A stretch of DNA of 64,000 nucleotides from Vicinamibacterales bacterium. GTDB lineage: Bacteria > Acidobacteriota > Vicinamibacteria > Vicinamibacterales > UBA2999. Location of the stretch: the NCBI GenBank assembly GCA_050250875.1, contig JBFWNV010000001.1, positions 1,619,891 to 1,683,890 of the forward strand, in the 5' to 3' direction. Position 1 is the first letter of the stretch; the number at the start of each line of letters is the position of its first letter. Below are positions 61,659-64,000 of the stretch, piece by piece. Under the pieces are notes generated by a model that was given only the letters and a program-made list of their open reading frames with translations, had not been told where the DNA came from and did not search any database. A program made the position numbers and the translations under genes.

Positions 61659-62063
61659 TCAGCCCAGCACCGGATGCAGCGCGATCGGCAGCACCCGGGC
61701 GAACCGCTCGAAGTCCTCGTCAGTGGTCAGGATCGGCAGCCGGTGTCGTTCGGCCACCGCGCACAGCAGGAAGTCGGTGTTCGAGCCCTGGACGCCCTTG
61801 GCACGGCACCGGTTGAAGCACTCGGCCGCGTGCTCGTAATCGGCCGCGACGATCGGCTCGTCCGGGAACGCCCGCAGATGATCGCGGAGACGCAGGAAGT
61901 CCGCCCGTTCGCGGATGCCACTGAGCAGTTCCTGGCGCACCGGACCGACCAGCGCCGCCCGGCCGTCGGCGACCAGGCGCCGCAAGACGTCCACGGCGGC
62001 GTGGGCCGGCGCGCGCCGCCGCAGGGCCAGCGACCACACCGATGTGTCGATCAGGACCTTCAT
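61659..62063 (-). CDS. vapC: Type II toxin VapC (PIN-domain ribonuclease)
   Basis: This is the last 134 aa of track ORF 61659..62540, starting at ATG 62063. MKVLIDTSVW...VRQELLSG...ILTTDEDFERF carries the conserved PIN acidic residues. It overlaps the antitoxin gene by 4 nt. Confidence 0.85.
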   Translation of the reverse strand: MKVLIDTSVWSLALRRRAPAHAAVDVLRRLVADGRAALVGPVRQELLSGIRERADFLRLRDHLRAFPDEPIVAADYEHAAECFNRCRAKGVQGSNTDFLLCAVAERHRLPILTTDEDFERFARVLPIALHPVLG

Positions 62064-62260
62064 CGCTTCCGGCGCTGCTTCTTGTAGTCGTATTTCGGGT
62101 CGTAGTCGATCGTGCCGAAGAGGTCGGCCACACGGGCCTGTTTGCGCCGGTTGATGTACTCCTGCAGCGCCTCGGTCACGGTATCCTTCTTCGTGGTCTT
62201 CCCGCCGATGCGCAGGGCTTCCTCCAGCAGGGCATCGTCGAGCGCCAGATTGGTCGCCAT
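62060..62260 (-). CDS. vapB: Type II antitoxin VapB-like (small DNA-binding antitoxin)
   Basis: Track ORF 62060..62266, probably starting at MATNLALDDALLEEALRIGGKTTKKDTVTEALQEYINRRKQ. Its size, position and basic C-terminus fit a VapB-type antitoxin. Confidence 0.7.
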   Translation of the reverse strand: MATNLALDDALLEEALRIGGKTTKKDTVTEALQEYINRRKQARVADLFGTIDYDPKYDYKKQRRKR

Positions 62261-64000
62261 GCACACACAGTATCACACACGGCAATGTGTAGCACCGGGA
62301 GCGGCCCTTGCGCTGGCAGCCGTGCTCGCCGTCACCGGCTGCGCCGGGCCCGCGGCGCCGCCGCCGGCGGAGCCGCCGGCCGCCCCGGCCGCGCCGGCGC
62401 CGGCCGGCGACCCGGTGCCGGTGGCCGCCACCGCCGATCCCGAGGTGGCCGCCACCGTCGATCAGGTGCTGGCCACGGCGATGCATCCCGGCCTGACGTG
62501 GGGATCGATTCCCGACGTCGCGTCGTCCCTGAAGTCGCACTACGACGCCGAGGCGGATCGCCTGCTGTGGTTCGACGGCGCGCGGCCGGCGGCGTTACTC
62601 GAGGGCACGGTGGCGACCATCGCCGCGGCCGGCGCTCACGGACTCGATCCCGCCGACTACGACGCCGCCCTCATCGGTGAGCAGTGGAGGACCATGAAGG
62701 CGGGCGGCGGCTCCGGGCCGGAGCGCGCGCTGTTCGACCTGGCGGTGAGCGTGGCGGCAGCGCGGATGCTCAAGGCCGTGCACATGGGCCGCGTCGATCC
62801 GGCGACGATGCTGTGGGGCTACGACGTGGCCGCCAAGCAGTTCGACCCCGTCGCGGCGCTCGGCCAGGCGCGCACCGGCCGCGGACTCGCCGACGAACTC
62901 GAGGCGCTGCAGCCGCCGTTTCCGCACTACCGGCGGGCGCGGCGGATGGCGGCCATCTACCGCGACCTCGCCAAGGGCGGGGAGCCACCGCTGGTGCCGG
63001 CGCTGGCCGGCGGCGTGCGCAAGGTGGAACCCGGGGGCAGCTGGGCCGGCGTGTCGCAGCTGGCGGCGCGCCTGCGGGTGTTCGGCGACCTGCCGCGCGA
63101 CGCGGCGATCCCGGAGTCCGATCCGCCGATCTACACGGGTGCGCTGGTCGACGCCGTGAAGGCGTTCCAGCGCCGCCACGGCCTCGACACCGACGGCGTC
63201 ATCGGCCCGGGGACGATCCGCGCCGTGAACGTCCCGCTGGCCGACCGCATCCGCCAGATCGAGCTGTCGATGGAGCGGATGCGCTGGCTGCCGACGCTGA
63301 GCGACCGCGCCAACGTGTTCGTGAACGTCGCGCTGTTCCGGATGTGGGCCACCGACCCGGCCACCGGCGAGGAGCCGCTGCGCATGAACGTCGTCGTCGG
63401 CGAATCGCTCGACCACCGCACGCCGATCTTCGTCGAGCAGATGGAGTACGTGATCTTCCGGCCGTACTGGAATCCGCCGCGCAGCATCATCACCAAGGAG
63501 ATCGTGCCGCGCGCCCGGCGCGACCCGGGCTACATCGCCCGCCAGCAGATGGAGATCGTGGCCAGCGGCGCCGACGCCGCCGCGGCCCTGCCGGTGACGC
63601 CCGAGAACATCGACAAGGTGCTGTCGGGCCGGCTGTTCGTCCGCCAGAAGCCCGGCCCGCACAACTCGCTCGGCCTGGCCAAGTTCATCTTCCCGAACTC
63701 CGAGGACGTCTACATGCACGGCACGCCGGCGCAGGCGCTGTTCGCCCGGGCGCGGCGCGACTTCAGCCACGGCTGCATCCGGCTCGAGAACCCGGCGCGC
63801 TTCGCCGAGTGGGTGCTGCGCGACCAGCCGGAATGGACGCGCGAACGCATCGACAAGGCGATGCAGGCGGAGCGGCCGCTGCGCGTCAACCTCAAGGAGA
63901 AGCTGACGGTGGTGCTCTTCTACGCCACCGTGCACGTCAACTCCGAGGACGAGGCGTTCTTCGTCGAGGACATCTACGGCCACGACAAGGCCCTCGACGC
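62259..64000 (+). CDS. L,D-transpeptidase, YcbB/LdtD-like lipoprotein (3' end beyond window)
   Basis: The plus frame is open from ATG 62259 to the window end, which is why it is absent from the track. It has a lipobox (LALAAVLAVTGC), a PG_binding_1 motif (VKAFQRRHGLDTDGVIGPGT) and the YkuD catalytic motif (FSHGCIRLENP). The start codon is uncertain. Confidence 0.85.
   Translation, partial: MHTQYHTRQCVAPGAALALAAVLAVTGCAGPAAPPPAEPPAAPAAPAPAGDPVPVAATADPEVAATVDQVLATAMHPGLTWGSIPDVASSLKSHYDAEADRLLWFDGARPAALLEGTVATIAAAGAHGLDPADYDAALIGEQWRTMKAGGGSGPERALFDLAVSVAAARMLKAVHMGRVDPATMLWGYDVAAKQFDPVAALGQARTGRGLADELEALQPPFPHYRRARRMAAIYRDLAKGGEPPLVPALAGGVRKVEPGGSWAGVSQLAARLRVFGDLPRDAAIPESDPPIYTGALVDAVKAFQRRHGLDTDGVIGPGTIRAVNVPLADRIRQIELSMERMRWLPTLSDRANVFVNVALFRMWATDPATGEEPLRMNVVVGESLDHRTPIFVEQMEYVIFRPYWNPPRSIITKEIVPRARRDPGYIARQQMEIVASGADAAAALPVTPENIDKVLSGRLFVRQKPGPHNSLGLAKFIFPNSEDVYMHGTPAQALFARARRDFSHGCIRLENPARFAEWVLRDQPEWTRERIDKAMQAERPLRVNLKEKLTVVLFYATVHVNSEDEAFFVEDIYGHDKALD

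Overview
GC-rich chromosomal segment with strong GC3 bias; most long ORFs in the track are antisense shadows of real genes. All calls come from reading the sequence and ORF translations by eye; no search or tool was run. I call about 55 protein-coding genes, one tRNA-Gln(CTG), a degraded IS3-family element followed by a trail of gene fragments, and several recurring non-coding motifs. The gene content suggests a soil Acidobacteriota/Gemmatimonadota-like organism, but that is inference only. That content includes TonB-dependent receptors with carboxypeptidase-regulatory-like N-termini, many Tat/Sec-exported oxidoreductases, a PQQ dehydrogenase and a beta-propeller/Y_Y_Y sensor kinase. Main points follow. 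(1) 0.5-27.3 kb: five copies of a NarL-type 7-2-7 inverted heptamer fused to a TTGAC -35 box mark a candidate regulon. It comprises exported enzymes (two Tat-signal UxuA-like dehydratases, a Tat FAD oxidoreductase, a PQQ dehydrogenase, a secreted 2-hydroxyacid-dehydrogenase-like protein, a cupin), carriers and a TonB-dependent receptor. A propeller sensor kinase and NarL/LuxR regulator pair is encoded in the middle. This is my best candidate for an undescribed system. (2) 43.0-53.5 kb: a XylR/DmpR-type sigma-54 activator sits divergent from a yceI-DUF1905 unit that has a perfect sigma-54 promoter. Downstream of the activator is a tightly overlapped seven-gene operon (CoxSML-like molybdenum hydroxylase, NCS1 transporter, cyclase-family hydrolase, amidase, esterase) that looks like an uncharacterised N-heterocycle catabolic route. 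(3) 53.5-58.3 kb: TonB-dependent receptor, small molybdopterin-oxidoreductase-like domain protein, MauG/MbnH-like di-haem enzyme and a secreted VOC protein. (4) 27.3-33.9 kb: IS3 remnant, pseudogene fragments and a CUT1 sugar ABC operon, ending at tRNA-Gln with a duplicated tRNA 3' end (an integration scar). The rest is ordinary: LysR regulator, CoA-transferase, two further ABC importers, gltX, S8 protease, PepSY protein, DHA2 efflux pump, USP, vapBC and an L,D-transpeptidase. I saw no CRISPR, rRNA or recognisable defence system.
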